Origin: Shigella phage SHSML-45
Sequence record: KX130863
Reading direction: 5' to 3' (one strand)
Length of the DNA: 64,000 nucleotides
Below are positions 37,218 to 46,323 of the stretch, piece by piece; positions within the stretch are counted from its first letter, which is position 1; every line of letters starts with the position of its first letter. The position numbers and the translations under genes are program-made. Under the pieces are notes generated by a model, which made no database searches, was not told where the DNA came from, and saw only the letters and a list, made by a program, of their open reading frames with translations.

Positions 37218-37662
37218 TGTTTACAATCCGCGATACGGAACAGTTAGGCTGCCCCATTAAGGGTTGTTTTAACTATTACTAGTGTTTATATTGCATTAGT
37301 TAATCTTCAATTAAGTGATCTGTGTACCCTGAATTCGGAAAGGTAAATCCAAACCGTGCATGTTTAGCTCGTTATATAGGCAGAGCTTTATATGGGGGTG
37401 CGAACGAAAAGAGCAGCGAATGGCGGCACGTACAGTAGTCACCTACCAATAGGATAGTGAGGACAAATAGAATCGGCTTAGCGGCCAATGACCTAGGTTC
37501 TATTCTGTATAAGAGCGAAGAGAGCACAGCACTGAGATATGATAACTTATTCATATTGTTTGATGATAATTGATGTTTACGTAAATAGTAGTAATAGTTG
37601 TTCTATTCTTTCTGAATAGTCCTAAAGAAAACTTATTTCATTTCCAACACAGGAGTATTGTT

Positions 37663-40452
37663 GTGTTTTCAATCCTACAAGGTCATGCAGGATTTCATCG
37701 CGATTTAGCCACAGGCAATTGGCGAGAAATCAAAGCGGAAGATTATACCTTTGCCAAGCGATTCTCGAAAGAGCATCCAGAAGGTAAACCAGCTTCTATG
37801 CCCTTCAAATTTGATGTAATAGAAGAGCACGACCCACAAAGCCTGGCCGAAATGTTACCCCTTATGAGACGTTTAACGTCTGACCCTCATATCGTTGCGG
37901 TACGAGGTCGATGTCTTGCACCTAAAAATAATGTGCGGCGTAAGAAAGGTAACTTTAATGTATCTAATCCTAGTAATATTATTGCTATGGACGTGGATGG
38001 TATCCTAGATACCGGTGGGTACGACAAATTTAATCTTGTTGGTATGGCCCGCCACATTATTAAGATGTTGAATAGTATTAGTGAGGATATGTTTCCTCTT
38101 AATGCAGGCTTTATAGCTCATGCATCGTCTTCGGCTGGGCTAAAACCAGGTATCCGAATGCACTTAATGCTAGAATCTAACGTCAAGGTAACTCAGGGTC
38201 AGCTAAAGTTCTTATTTACATCTATCAACGATAGTAGTAAGCAAAAATTTGGTTTTGATATTGCCGACCTAGCTTATTATTCATCTGTCCAGCTCCACTA
38301 TTTTGCCGACCCCTTATTTAGCGATGGTATTGTTGATCCGTTTAAAGCGGAGAGTAAGCCACGTCTGGTGTATGTTAAAGGTTCGAAAGTAAATTTGCCC
38401 AATAATCTGGTTGACTATGAAACAACTAGAGGGGAGTTTAAGGAAGAGTTTTATTCTTTACTTGATCAAATTAAAGGCAAAAAGATTGCTTCTGATAAAG
38501 TAGAAGAAACCATCAGCGAGTTAGAAGAAGCTGATGATGGAGTGTATTTGCGTATTATCCCCAAACTATACCATAGGGCATTAGAGGATGGTGTTGATTT
38601 TGCATGGCTAGAACGTGAGATTAAACCAGCTTTATCTGAATATATTGCAACTAAAGATAACAGTCGTAACATTCAAGATTACTTTAATAACGGTCGTAAG
38701 CAGGCTCTCAAAGCGTTTGTTAATAATTCTAAACGTGAGATTCCATTAAATCTGAAAGGTGTTCCACTTAAGAAATTAGAAGTGGATTCTCCACCAGAAG
38801 TTCCATACCTGAAGATTAACATTGTGCCACCAAAAGGCCATATAACATTTGTTAAGGCAAGTCTTGGTACTGGTAAAACTACGGCAGTAACTAAATGGCT
38901 GGACGCAGGTGTTCTTCCGGGCAACTTTTTAGCAGTTACAAATACTAGAGCACTGGTATCTTCAAATGCCAAGAAATTTAGTGCAGGACAATACGATAAG
39001 TCTGTAGATATGCTCAACTTTAAACGTGGAGCTATTGATCGTATGTCCACAACTATTCACTCTTTGCATAAGTTCAAAAGTTTTATTGGTCAAATAGACA
39101 CCATTTTTATTGACGAATGTGACGCTGTAATGAATGATCTATTATTCGCCCCTGTTGTTAAACAACGCCGCGAGTGTATTCAAGTTCTACGTGACATCCT
39201 CATGACAGCTAAGACTGTAATTTTATCCGATGGTGATATTAGTGCTGAGACGATTGAAGCATATGGTTCTCTAATTGATTTTGATAAACCAGTAGCATTT
39301 TATAATCATCACCGTAAAATGCTGTCAAAAGCTCATGCTTATGAATTCCCTGACGAATCCAGTATTTGGGTTGCACTTCAGACTTCTCTAGAGATGGGTG
39401 AGAAATCTATTCTAGTATCTGATTGTGGCCCAGATGAGCTGAATGAGAAAGGTATGGCATTACGTCGTAATACTGGTGCGTTAGTTAAAGAAATCCATTC
39501 AAACTCCACTTCAGATGTGGATATTCGACGTATTCTGGATTACACGACTAATGAGCTAATTGATCAACAAATTGATTGCTTATTATGTAGTCCATCCGTA
39601 ACGAGTGGTGTTGACTTCAATTACTTTGATAACGTATTTGTTATTACTAGAACTAGTAATCAAGCGCCAAACATGCGTTTTCAAGCAATCAGGCGCGACC
39701 GTGGTGCTCAGAATATCTATTATTTTATTGATAAATCCACTAGTGGGTTCTCCGCAGGTTCTGAACAATATAATATTGATGAAGGTTGGCTGGAGTTAGC
39801 ACAGCAATTATATGCACGTCGTAGGGAATTAGAATCTAGGAACTATACTAGTACCTTACGTTATTACTTGCTTGATCAGGGTGCAACTATTGATATTTTC
39901 AGTGAAAGCTGGGGAACTATTGAAGGTGCTGGTAAAGAGTACACAGAAGAGCGAATAAAAGCTATTCTGCACTCAACTCCTGATTATTGTGCTCCACGTC
40001 ATGCGGATGCGTATGAAGCTAAACTACTTCTTGTTCGCTATTATCATCTTGAGTCTATTAAAGATGTAACAGTTGAGCATGTTGAACAATATATCAAAGA
40101 TAAACCGAATGATCGAGCTGCATTCTTCCATAAGATGCACGAGATGTTCTGGGAAGATATTAAGAAGTGTTCAAACGTCACTATCAAACCATTCATAGAA
40201 GCTCTGAAAGGTAAGAAGAAAGATTTCTTCCTTAAAACAGGTCAGAGTGCTAATCCAAAATATGCTAGAATGTATCTTGGTATGATGGGTATTGGTAAGG
40301 ATATGAACACTGAAAATATCGTAGACTGGTATAGAACCTACTGCAAAATCGAATGTATGCCGATTCCTTATAAGTTTATGACTGATGAGGAGAAACATAT
40401 GCATGATGAAGCAATGTCAGAGCTAGGTGCTAGAAATGACAGTGAAGAATAA
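37663..40452 (+). CDS. large P-loop NTPase, helicase-like (candidate replication initiator/origin-binding protein)
   Basis: 929 aa; Walker A SLGTGKTTAVTKW, Walker B IFIDECDAVMND; GTG start with AGGAG SD; preceded by a ~640-bp untranslated leader. Confidence 0.55.
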   Translation: MFSILQGHAGFHRDLATGNWREIKAEDYTFAKRFSKEHPEGKPASMPFKFDVIEEHDPQSLAEMLPLMRRLTSDPHIVAVRGRCLAPKNNVRRKKGNFNVSNPSNIIAMDVDGILDTGGYDKFNLVGMARHIIKMLNSISEDMFPLNAGFIAHASSSAGLKPGIRMHLMLESNVKVTQGQLKFLFTSINDSSKQKFGFDIADLAYYSSVQLHYFADPLFSDGIVDPFKAESKPRLVYVKGSKVNLPNNLVDYETTRGEFKEEFYSLLDQIKGKKIASDKVEETISELEEADDGVYLRIIPKLYHRALEDGVDFAWLEREIKPALSEYIATKDNSRNIQDYFNNGRKQALKAFVNNSKREIPLNLKGVPLKKLEVDSPPEVPYLKINIVPPKGHITFVKASLGTGKTTAVTKWLDAGVLPGNFLAVTNTRALVSSNAKKFSAGQYDKSVDMLNFKRGAIDRMSTTIHSLHKFKSFIGQIDTIFIDECDAVMNDLLFAPVVKQRRECIQVLRDILMTAKTVILSDGDISAETIEAYGSLIDFDKPVAFYNHHRKMLSKAHAYEFPDESSIWVALQTSLEMGEKSILVSDCGPDELNEKGMALRRNTGALVKEIHSNSTSDVDIRRILDYTTNELIDQQIDCLLCSPSVTSGVDFNYFDNVFVITRTSNQAPNMRFQAIRRDRGAQNIYYFIDKSTSGFSAGSEQYNIDEGWLELAQQLYARRRELESRNYTSTLRYYLLDQGATIDIFSESWGTIEGAGKEYTEERIKAILHSTPDYCAPRHADAYEAKLLLVRYYHLESIKDVTVEHVEQYIKDKPNDRAAFFHKMHEMFWEDIKKCSNVTIKPFIEALKGKKKDFFLKTGQSANPKYARMYLGMMGIGKDMNTENIVDWYRTYCKIECMPIPYKFMTDEEKHMHDEAMSELGARNDSEE

Positions 40453-40669
40453 AAAATGGGAAACAAGGAAGTTTCCAGTAAAAGAACGTAAAGTTCCTGT
40501 TTATGATACTTCGGAAAAGCTATGTAGGGTGGTTCCTGCTAGACTAGCTGGTATCCCTAACATATCCGAGTGGTTACTTAAACAACGGAGGACTAACGTA
40601 TCCCTTCGCATAGGGTTTGAGTTAGATAAAGTATATGCTGAGCTTTCTTCTTTGCTCAAAGAATCATAA
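40427..40669 (+). CDS. hypothetical protein (80 aa)
   Basis: ORF overlapping the end of the upstream gene. Confidence 0.35.
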   Translation: MLEMTVKNKKWETRKFPVKERKVPVYDTSEKLCRVVPARLAGIPNISEWLLKQRRTNVSLRIGFELDKVYAELSSLLKES

Positions 40670-40678
40670 AAAATTTAT

Positions 40679-40707
40679 TTGCTTTCAGGAAAAATTTTCT
40701 GTATAAT
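40679..40707 (+). promoter_or_regulatory. early promoter (TTGCTT-17-TATAAT)
   Basis: ttgctt 40679-40684, tataat 40702-40707, conserved ATAAATTTGAGAGAGGAG leader, ATG at 40739. Confidence 0.55.
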
Positions 40708-40738
40708 AGATTCATAAATTTGAGAGAGGAGTTTAAAT

Positions 40739-41443
40739 ATGGCTGGTTCTCGCAGAAAGAAACATATCCATGAAATCCCGGATGAAGTCTTTAAAAAAGT
40801 TATAGAGCATCTGGAAAACGGTGGTACTAAGAAAGCAGCATGCGAAATGCTCGGCGTATCATCCAACCCAACTATGGAAAGGATGATAGAAGAGTGGCAA
40901 GACCGTCAGATCCAAGTTGCCGAGATGAAGAAAAAGAAACGTGGTACACTCATTGAAGGTATTGAGTTGGCCAACGTTATTGAACAGTATCTATCTGGTG
41001 ATTCTTTTGAAGAGATTGCCGATCGTAATTACCGCTCCGTAGCAATGGTTAAATCTGTTCTGGAACGCTATGGTGCTCTGCTTCGTTTGAACGATATTGT
41101 AGATCCATTGAATCCACCAATTATTCCTGATGATGCTGTAGCAGAAGAATTTGAGGTAGGTGAGCTTGTTTGGGTTCCTGGATACCAGTGTATCGGTGAA
41201 ATCAAAAAAGCAATGGATAACCCTGTTGGTTGTTACCGTGTATGGCTTCTATCGGAAGGCAAACAACAGAACGTTCATTATATGAATTATGAGTTGGCTT
41301 CTGTTAAACACCTGGAAAAGTTAGGGGTAGACGTAAAATCTCTGGGGTACAAGTGGACTCGTGAAGAAGTTATTACGTTGATTAACGAAGCTGTTAAGGC
41401 TGCCCTGAAACTTGATAAAGAAAAAGGAAAACGCCGTGAGTAG
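40739..41443 (+). CDS. putative DNA-binding regulator (HTH)
   Basis: N-terminal ...GGTKKAACEMLGVSSNPTMERMIEEW resembles an HTH. Confidence 0.4.
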   Translation: MAGSRRKKHIHEIPDEVFKKVIEHLENGGTKKAACEMLGVSSNPTMERMIEEWQDRQIQVAEMKKKKRGTLIEGIELANVIEQYLSGDSFEEIADRNYRSVAMVKSVLERYGALLRLNDIVDPLNPPIIPDDAVAEEFEVGELVWVPGYQCIGEIKKAMDNPVGCYRVWLLSEGKQQNVHYMNYELASVKHLEKLGVDVKSLGYKWTREEVITLINEAVKAALKLDKEKGKRRE

Positions 41444-41672
41444 ACTAACTGATTTACTTAAAGATGGAGATGTAAAATATCTCCAGCGGGATAGCTGGGA
41501 AAATAATAAAGAGTATACTGTATTATTGAAATTTGACGTATACAGCAATACTGTACGCCAATACGTGTGGATGCCTTCAGATACTACGCTGCTGCCTAGT
41601 GATGAAGAGGTTGAATTAACACTAGACGAAGCTCTAGCGGATGATTGGGAGATTGTTGAGCTAGATGTGTAG
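41412..41672 (+). CDS. hypothetical acidic protein (86 aa)
   Basis: ORF. Confidence 0.35.
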   Translation: MIKKKENAVSRLTDLLKDGDVKYLQRDSWENNKEYTVLLKFDVYSNTVRQYVWMPSDTTLLPSDEEVELTLDEALADDWEIVELDV

Positions 41673-41778
41673 CAATTACCGAAAAATTTCAGTTGCTTAA
41701 TCCTACAATTCTTGATATAATATTCTCATAGTTTGAAAGAACTATTCTGTTTAATTCTTAATTAAGGAAATATAAAAT

Positions 41779-42189
41779 ATGACTACTCCAACTCAGTGGA
41801 CTGATGAACTGTTCGAAAAAATGTCTTCCGAATACGTTGCTCGTATGGAGCAATTCCCAGAGGATGAACGTCCGGGTGTTAGCATGGAAATTGTTAGCGA
41901 AATTGCCCAGGAAAATGGTGTAACTCCGAACGGTTTTCGTATGAAGCTGACTAAAGCAGGTTTGTATATCAAGAAAGCTGCTGGCTCTGCTTCTAAATCT
42001 AGCGCATCTACTGGAGAAAAAGCTTCTGGTGGTTCTCGTACTTCCAAAGCCCAAGCTCATGCCGATCTTCGTTCAGCATTCTCTGATGCTGGCCTAGCAC
42101 CAGATTTTCTGGATGATGCAATTATCGACAAACTGACCGGTAAAGCAGCTGCTCATCTGGCAGAAGCAATCCGAGCTATCACTAAGTAA
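41779..42189 (+). CDS. hypothetical protein (136 aa), host-like codon usage
   Basis: ORF with SD; Ala/Ser-rich linker; codons typical of highly expressed genes. Confidence 0.45.
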   Translation: MTTPTQWTDELFEKMSSEYVARMEQFPEDERPGVSMEIVSEIAQENGVTPNGFRMKLTKAGLYIKKAAGSASKSSASTGEKASGGSRTSKAQAHADLRSAFSDAGLAPDFLDDAIIDKLTGKAAAHLAEAIRAITK

Positions 42190-42225
42190 TTCTTAGATAA
42201 ATCCACCAACACAAGGAATACAGTT

Positions 42226-42522
42226 ATGACCAAAGCTGAAATTATCGCACAATGTGAAAAATTTGGTGAGTTTTATCTTCATTACGAGAAACTTCGTCAG
42301 AAAGGAACCACGTACCTTCAGGGTACAATGGAATTTGATCCAGCCCAAGATAAATATCTGGCTGAGCGTATTAAACGTGAACGTATTCGTAAAGCGAAAG
42401 ATGATGAAATCCTTGTCTTCTCTCGTACTAATGATAGCTTCCGTTTCATTCCTGTTGCGAAAGTTCGCCGTGTGACGAGCCTCCAGTCAGAGTTAGATCG
42501 TGCTTCTCCAGTAGGCCGATAA
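42226..42522 (+). CDS. hypothetical protein (98 aa)
   Basis: ORF followed by a terminator. Confidence 0.4.
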   Translation: MTKAEIIAQCEKFGEFYLHYEKLRQKGTTYLQGTMEFDPAQDKYLAERIKRERIRKAKDDEILVFSRTNDSFRFIPVAKVRRVTSLQSELDRASPVGR

Positions 42523-42532
42523 GAAACCAATT

Positions 42533-42557
42533 AGCCCCTATATGGGGCTTTTTGTGT
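42533..42557 (+). terminator. rho-independent terminator
   Basis: agcccc-tatat-ggggct hairpin followed by TTTTTGTGTATTT. Confidence 0.55.
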
Positions 42558-42572
42558 ATTTGGGATATGTAA

Positions 42573-42881
42573 ATGAGCGATCAGGTAAATCAAAACTATG
42601 AAGGACACGTTGACGACCAGTCCATCATGCTTTGGGAGAAGGAGGGAGAACAAGTAAGACTAACCGTATCTGAATTTCGTGGGAATCTATACATGGGAAT
42701 TCGTTACTGGCTCCAAGATATTACTGGAGAGTGGTTTCCAACGAAATCCGGCTTCTCTTTTCCTTATACCCTAGAAACTACGTCACAGCTATTCTACGCT
42801 TTTACGCAAATCCTCAGTGAATCCGAGGTCTTGCATGAAGTACAGAAACGAGCTGAAGAACTCAAAGCCAAGAATGCCTAG
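42573..42881 (+). CDS. hypothetical protein (102 aa)
   Basis: ORF. Confidence 0.4.
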   Translation: MSDQVNQNYEGHVDDQSIMLWEKEGEQVRLTVSEFRGNLYMGIRYWLQDITGEWFPTKSGFSFPYTLETTSQLFYAFTQILSESEVLHEVQKRAEELKAKNA

Positions 42882-42908
42882 TTCTTGGCTTTTTCTTTAT
42901 AAATGTAC

Positions 42909-42937
42909 TTGCTTTCGACTCAGTTTTCATATATAAT
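42909..42937 (+). promoter_or_regulatory. early promoter (TTGCTT-17-TATAAT)
   Basis: ttgctt 42909-42914, tataat 42932-42937, leader ATAAATTGATGAGAGA, ATG at 42969. Confidence 0.55.
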
Positions 42938-42968
42938 ATTTATATAAATTGATGAGAGATATAAATAA

Positions 42969-43940
42969 ATGACTAATGTAAAAGAATTTATTAAACGCTG
43001 TCAAGAAGCATATTATCAGGGTATGTCTTTAATCTCTGATGAGGAGTATGATTGCCTGGTAAAACGCTTCCCGTTAGAAGAAGAGATCGGGCCTAAGGGT
43101 GATATTCCACACCTATATCGTATGTATTCTTTACAGAAAGTTTATTATAACCGTGGGGATAAATCACCATTTAATCCTTTAGGTCAGGTAGAAACTGATA
43201 AGTTAGATGGTTGTGCAATTTCTCTGCTATATATTAACGGTGAATTTGTTCAAGCATTAACCCGTGGTAATGGTATTCTGGGAAATGATGTCACAAGCAA
43301 CGTAAGATTGCTGAACATCCCTAAAAAGATTTCCCAAAAAGTACCTACTCAAATCACTGGTGAAGTTCTAATTACAAAAGAAGTAGAAAATAAACGTAAC
43401 TTTGCCTCTGGTGCTATTAACCTCAAAGATAGTGATGCTTTCATACAACGCATTGGAGAAGGCGGTTTAATCTTTGTTGCTTATGGTATCCAATGTTCTG
43501 CTGAAGCTGTAGGTATTACAGAAGCATACTTAAAAGATATGCTTTGGCTAGAGAATGAGAACTTCTTAACAGTTGTTAATGTGCGTTCCTTCTTTAAATG
43601 GATTCCGACGGACGGTAAAGTTGTTCGTATTAATGACAACAACAAATTCTTCCGTGAGGGCTGGACAAATAAATTCCCTCGTGGAGCATTCGCCATTAAA
43701 GAGGATGAAGAAGGCGAGATTACAACTCTTACTAAAGTTGAATGGCAGGTAGGGGCTTCTGGTAAAGTAACTCCAGTTGGTTATTTCGAACCGGTAATTA
43801 TTGATGATGCTACGATTGTTAAAGCGACTCTTAATAACGTTGATTATATTAACTCTCTCGATCTAGAGATCGGTTGCCAGATTCGAGTGATTCGTGCCGG
43901 TGGTGTAATCCCGTGCATAGTAGAGCGAGTATACGATTAA
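42969..43940 (+). CDS. ligA: NAD-dependent DNA ligase, N-terminal portion (adenylation domain)
   Basis: KxDG adenylation motif in ETDKLDGCAISLLY; N-terminal LigA-like Ia region; stop codon before the Zn-finger domain. Confidence 0.7.
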   Translation: MTNVKEFIKRCQEAYYQGMSLISDEEYDCLVKRFPLEEEIGPKGDIPHLYRMYSLQKVYYNRGDKSPFNPLGQVETDKLDGCAISLLYINGEFVQALTRGNGILGNDVTSNVRLLNIPKKISQKVPTQITGEVLITKEVENKRNFASGAINLKDSDAFIQRIGEGGLIFVAYGIQCSAEAVGITEAYLKDMLWLENENFLTVVNVRSFFKWIPTDGKVVRINDNNKFFREGWTNKFPRGAFAIKEDEEGEITTLTKVEWQVGASGKVTPVGYFEPVIIDDATIVKATLNNVDYINSLDLEIGCQIRVIRAGGVIPCIVERVYD

Positions 43941-44083
43941 TACATAACCCTTTGCTACCCATCTACCATATCGGAATTATAAAGTGGTTATTGACATTTT
44001 CGCCGCTTAGGTATATACTATTATCATTCAGTTGAGGGATAGAAAGTTATGGCGAGGGTAAGCAAAGTTAGTTAAAATTGTAG

Positions 44084-44112
44084 TTGCTAAATGCTTAAAT
44101 ACTTGCTATAAT
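44084..44112 (+). promoter_or_regulatory. promoter (TTGCTA-17-TATAAT) inside the ligase gap
   Basis: ttgcta 44084-44089, tataat 44107-44112. Confidence 0.5.
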
Positions 44113-44139
44113 ATTTATATAAATTGATAAGGAAGAAAT

Positions 44140-44922
44140 TTGATGAAAATCGAAATTCCAACACAATGTCCCTCTTGTGGTTCTAAGCTCGATCTTGTCA
44201 ACGGACAATTATTCTGTCGTAATAAGTCCAACTGTCCAGCTCAATCAAGTAAGTTAATTGAGAACTTCTGTACAAAAATGAAGTTAAAGGGTTTTGGCCC
44301 GAAAACTATTGAGAAGCTGGAGCTGACGAAGATTTCAGAACTATTTTACCTAACCGAAGAAGATTTGGTTAGAGCCGTGGGTAGCAAGGTTGCCGCTAAG
44401 TTAATTAGCGAATTAAATACTAAAGTTCGCGGAGACATTGACTTTGGTTCAGTTCTCGGTTCTTTAGGAATCCCTCTAATTGGAGAGGTTGCAGCAAAGA
44501 AATTGTCCCAAAATTGCACCAGTTTTCAAGATGTGAGAGCTGATGGCAAAGCTGGAGAAAATTATAAAGCCTGGCTAAATTCCCCACAAGGCAAGGATGT
44601 TATCGAATTACCGTGGAAATTCACAACTGGTATTAAAGGTGCTAAAGCTGAGGTCATCATCACTGATGGTCTAGTAGCCCAACCAAACGGAATAACGGTA
44701 TGTATTACCGGATCTTTGCAAGATTTTGCAAATAGAACGGATGCAACAAACTATTTAGAAGGTCTAGGATATACGGTTAAGAAATCCGTTACCAAAGACG
44801 TCAAATACCTAATCTGTGAGGATGAATCGAAGCGTTCTTCCTCATCTTATAAGAAAGCCGAAACGAATGGGATAGAAATCCTGTCGATTAAAGAACTATT
44901 GGAGAAAAATAATAATGTCTAA
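44140..44922 (+). CDS. ligB: NAD-dependent DNA ligase, C-terminal portion (Zn-finger, HhH, BRCT-like)
   Basis: Begins with Cys4 zinc finger CPSCGSKLDLVNGQLFCRNKSNCPAQ as in LigA domain 3; C-terminal BRCT-like ITVCITGSL. Confidence 0.7.
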   Translation: MMKIEIPTQCPSCGSKLDLVNGQLFCRNKSNCPAQSSKLIENFCTKMKLKGFGPKTIEKLELTKISELFYLTEEDLVRAVGSKVAAKLISELNTKVRGDIDFGSVLGSLGIPLIGEVAAKKLSQNCTSFQDVRADGKAGENYKAWLNSPQGKDVIELPWKFTTGIKGAKAEVIITDGLVAQPNGITVCITGSLQDFANRTDATNYLEGLGYTVKKSVTKDVKYLICEDESKRSSSSYKKAETNGIEILSIKELLEKNNNV

Positions 44923-45682
44923 ACTGAACTGGAACGTAGAAGGTGTAACCGAGTCTCTGAAAGCAAAAGCCACTGCTCTGGGTGTTGCTGTAATCTCTCA
45001 AGAACAAGTAGCTGCTATCGCTGCTGAACTAGCTGCTGAAACTGGCAAAGACGTTACTGCTCGCTCTGTTGGCTCTAAGCTGCGTAAAGAAGGTTTCGAA
45101 GTACAGAAAGCTAACGAAGTACAGAAATCCCCGTGGACTCCTGAGCAGGAAGCTGAACTGGTTGATTTCCTGAACGCTCATGCTGGTCAGTATACCTATG
45201 CTGAAATCGCTGCTGCTGTAGCTGGTGGTCAGTTCGGTGCTAAACAGGTACAGGGTAAGATCCTGAGTCTGGAAATGACCGCTTCTGTTAAGCCAACCGA
45301 AAAAGCTGCTGCTGTTCGTTCCTTCACTCCGGATGAAGAAACTGATTTTGTTAATCAGGTTGTTGCTGGTGCTACTATTGAAGCTATCGCTGCTCACTTC
45401 GGTCGCAATATTAAGCAGATCCGTGGTAAAGCTCTGAGTCTGCTTCGTGAAGGTCGTATTGCTGCTATGCCGGTACAGGAAACTTCAAGTGCTAAAACTC
45501 GTGAAGATCTGTTAGAAGGTCTGGATCTGGTTAACATGACTGTTGCTGAGATCGCTGAGAAAACTGGTAAGTCTGAGCGTGGTGTTAAATCTATGCTGTC
45601 TCGTCGTGGTCTGGTTGCTAAGGACTATGATGGTGCCGCTAAGCGTGCTAAACTGGATGCAAAAGCTGCGGCTGCTGTATAA
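44915..45682 (+). CDS. DNA-binding protein with three internal HTH-like repeats
   Basis: Three ~60-aa repeats (AEIAAAVAGGQFGAKQVQGKILSL / IEAIAAHFGRNIKQIRGKALSL / VAEIAEKTGKSERGVKSMLSR); strongly host-like codon usage. Confidence 0.45.
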   Translation: MSKLNWNVEGVTESLKAKATALGVAVISQEQVAAIAAELAAETGKDVTARSVGSKLRKEGFEVQKANEVQKSPWTPEQEAELVDFLNAHAGQYTYAEIAAAVAGGQFGAKQVQGKILSLEMTASVKPTEKAAAVRSFTPDEETDFVNQVVAGATIEAIAAHFGRNIKQIRGKALSLLREGRIAAMPVQETSSAKTREDLLEGLDLVNMTVAEIAEKTGKSERGVKSMLSRRGLVAKDYDGAAKRAKLDAKAAAAV

Positions 45683-45695
45683 TTAGAAGGCAGAT

Positions 45696-45724
45696 AAGGA
45701 GAACTTCGGTTCTCCTTTCTTGTA
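45696..45724 (+). terminator. rho-independent terminator
   Basis: aaggagaac-ttcg-gttctcctt hairpin followed by TCTTGTAT. Confidence 0.5.
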
Positions 45725-45741
45725 TATTAGAAGGCTACATA

Positions 45742-46323
45742 ATGGGGGAGATTACCCAGCAGTATCTTAAAACATTATTAAGATATGAGCCTGATACTGG
45801 AAATTTTTACTGGCTACCTAGAGAAAATAATCCTGCGTTCAATGCTAAGCACGCTAACAAACCTGCAGGCTATATGCATTCATCAGGCTATATTTATATA
45901 AAGATAACCTTAGAGTCAGGTATACAAAAATCTATGGGAGCACATAGGTGGGCCTTTCTATATATGGAAGGAGAAATCCCTGACAAGGTTGATCATAAAA
46001 ATAGAATTAAAACTGATAATACTTGGAATAACTTACGTGAAGTTACTTCCTCTCAAAATTCCGCTAATAGCTTTATAGGTAACAAGCTAGGCATTCGTAA
46101 CATAGAAGTAACAAAAAATAACACATTTAAAGTAACCATATCTAAAAACTCCAAAGTATTTAGAAAAACCCTAAAAACTCTAGGAGAAGCTCTGTGGTAT
46201 AGAGATAAGCTGCTTTTAGCCTTGTACGGAGATTTCGCAGCCCTAGATGCTCTAGATATAGAGAGGGTTAAACCGCAGAATATAGTGGATAACTTTACAG
46301 AGGAGTTGCTAGATAATGTTTAA
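45742..46323 (+). CDS. HNH homing endonuclease
   Basis: AHRWAFLYMEGEIPDKVDHKNRIKTDNTWNNLRE; between the ligase/DNA-binding genes and the helicase. Confidence 0.75.
   Translation: MGEITQQYLKTLLRYEPDTGNFYWLPRENNPAFNAKHANKPAGYMHSSGYIYIKITLESGIQKSMGAHRWAFLYMEGEIPDKVDHKNRIKTDNTWNNLREVTSSQNSANSFIGNKLGIRNIEVTKNNTFKVTISKNSKVFRKTLKTLGEALWYRDKLLLALYGDFAALDALDIERVKPQNIVDNFTEELLDNV

Noticed and set aside
38466-39799. Short antisense ORFs inside the 929-aa helicase-like gene
   Set aside because: The main frame has Walker A/B motifs and an SD; the antisense ORFs have no signals
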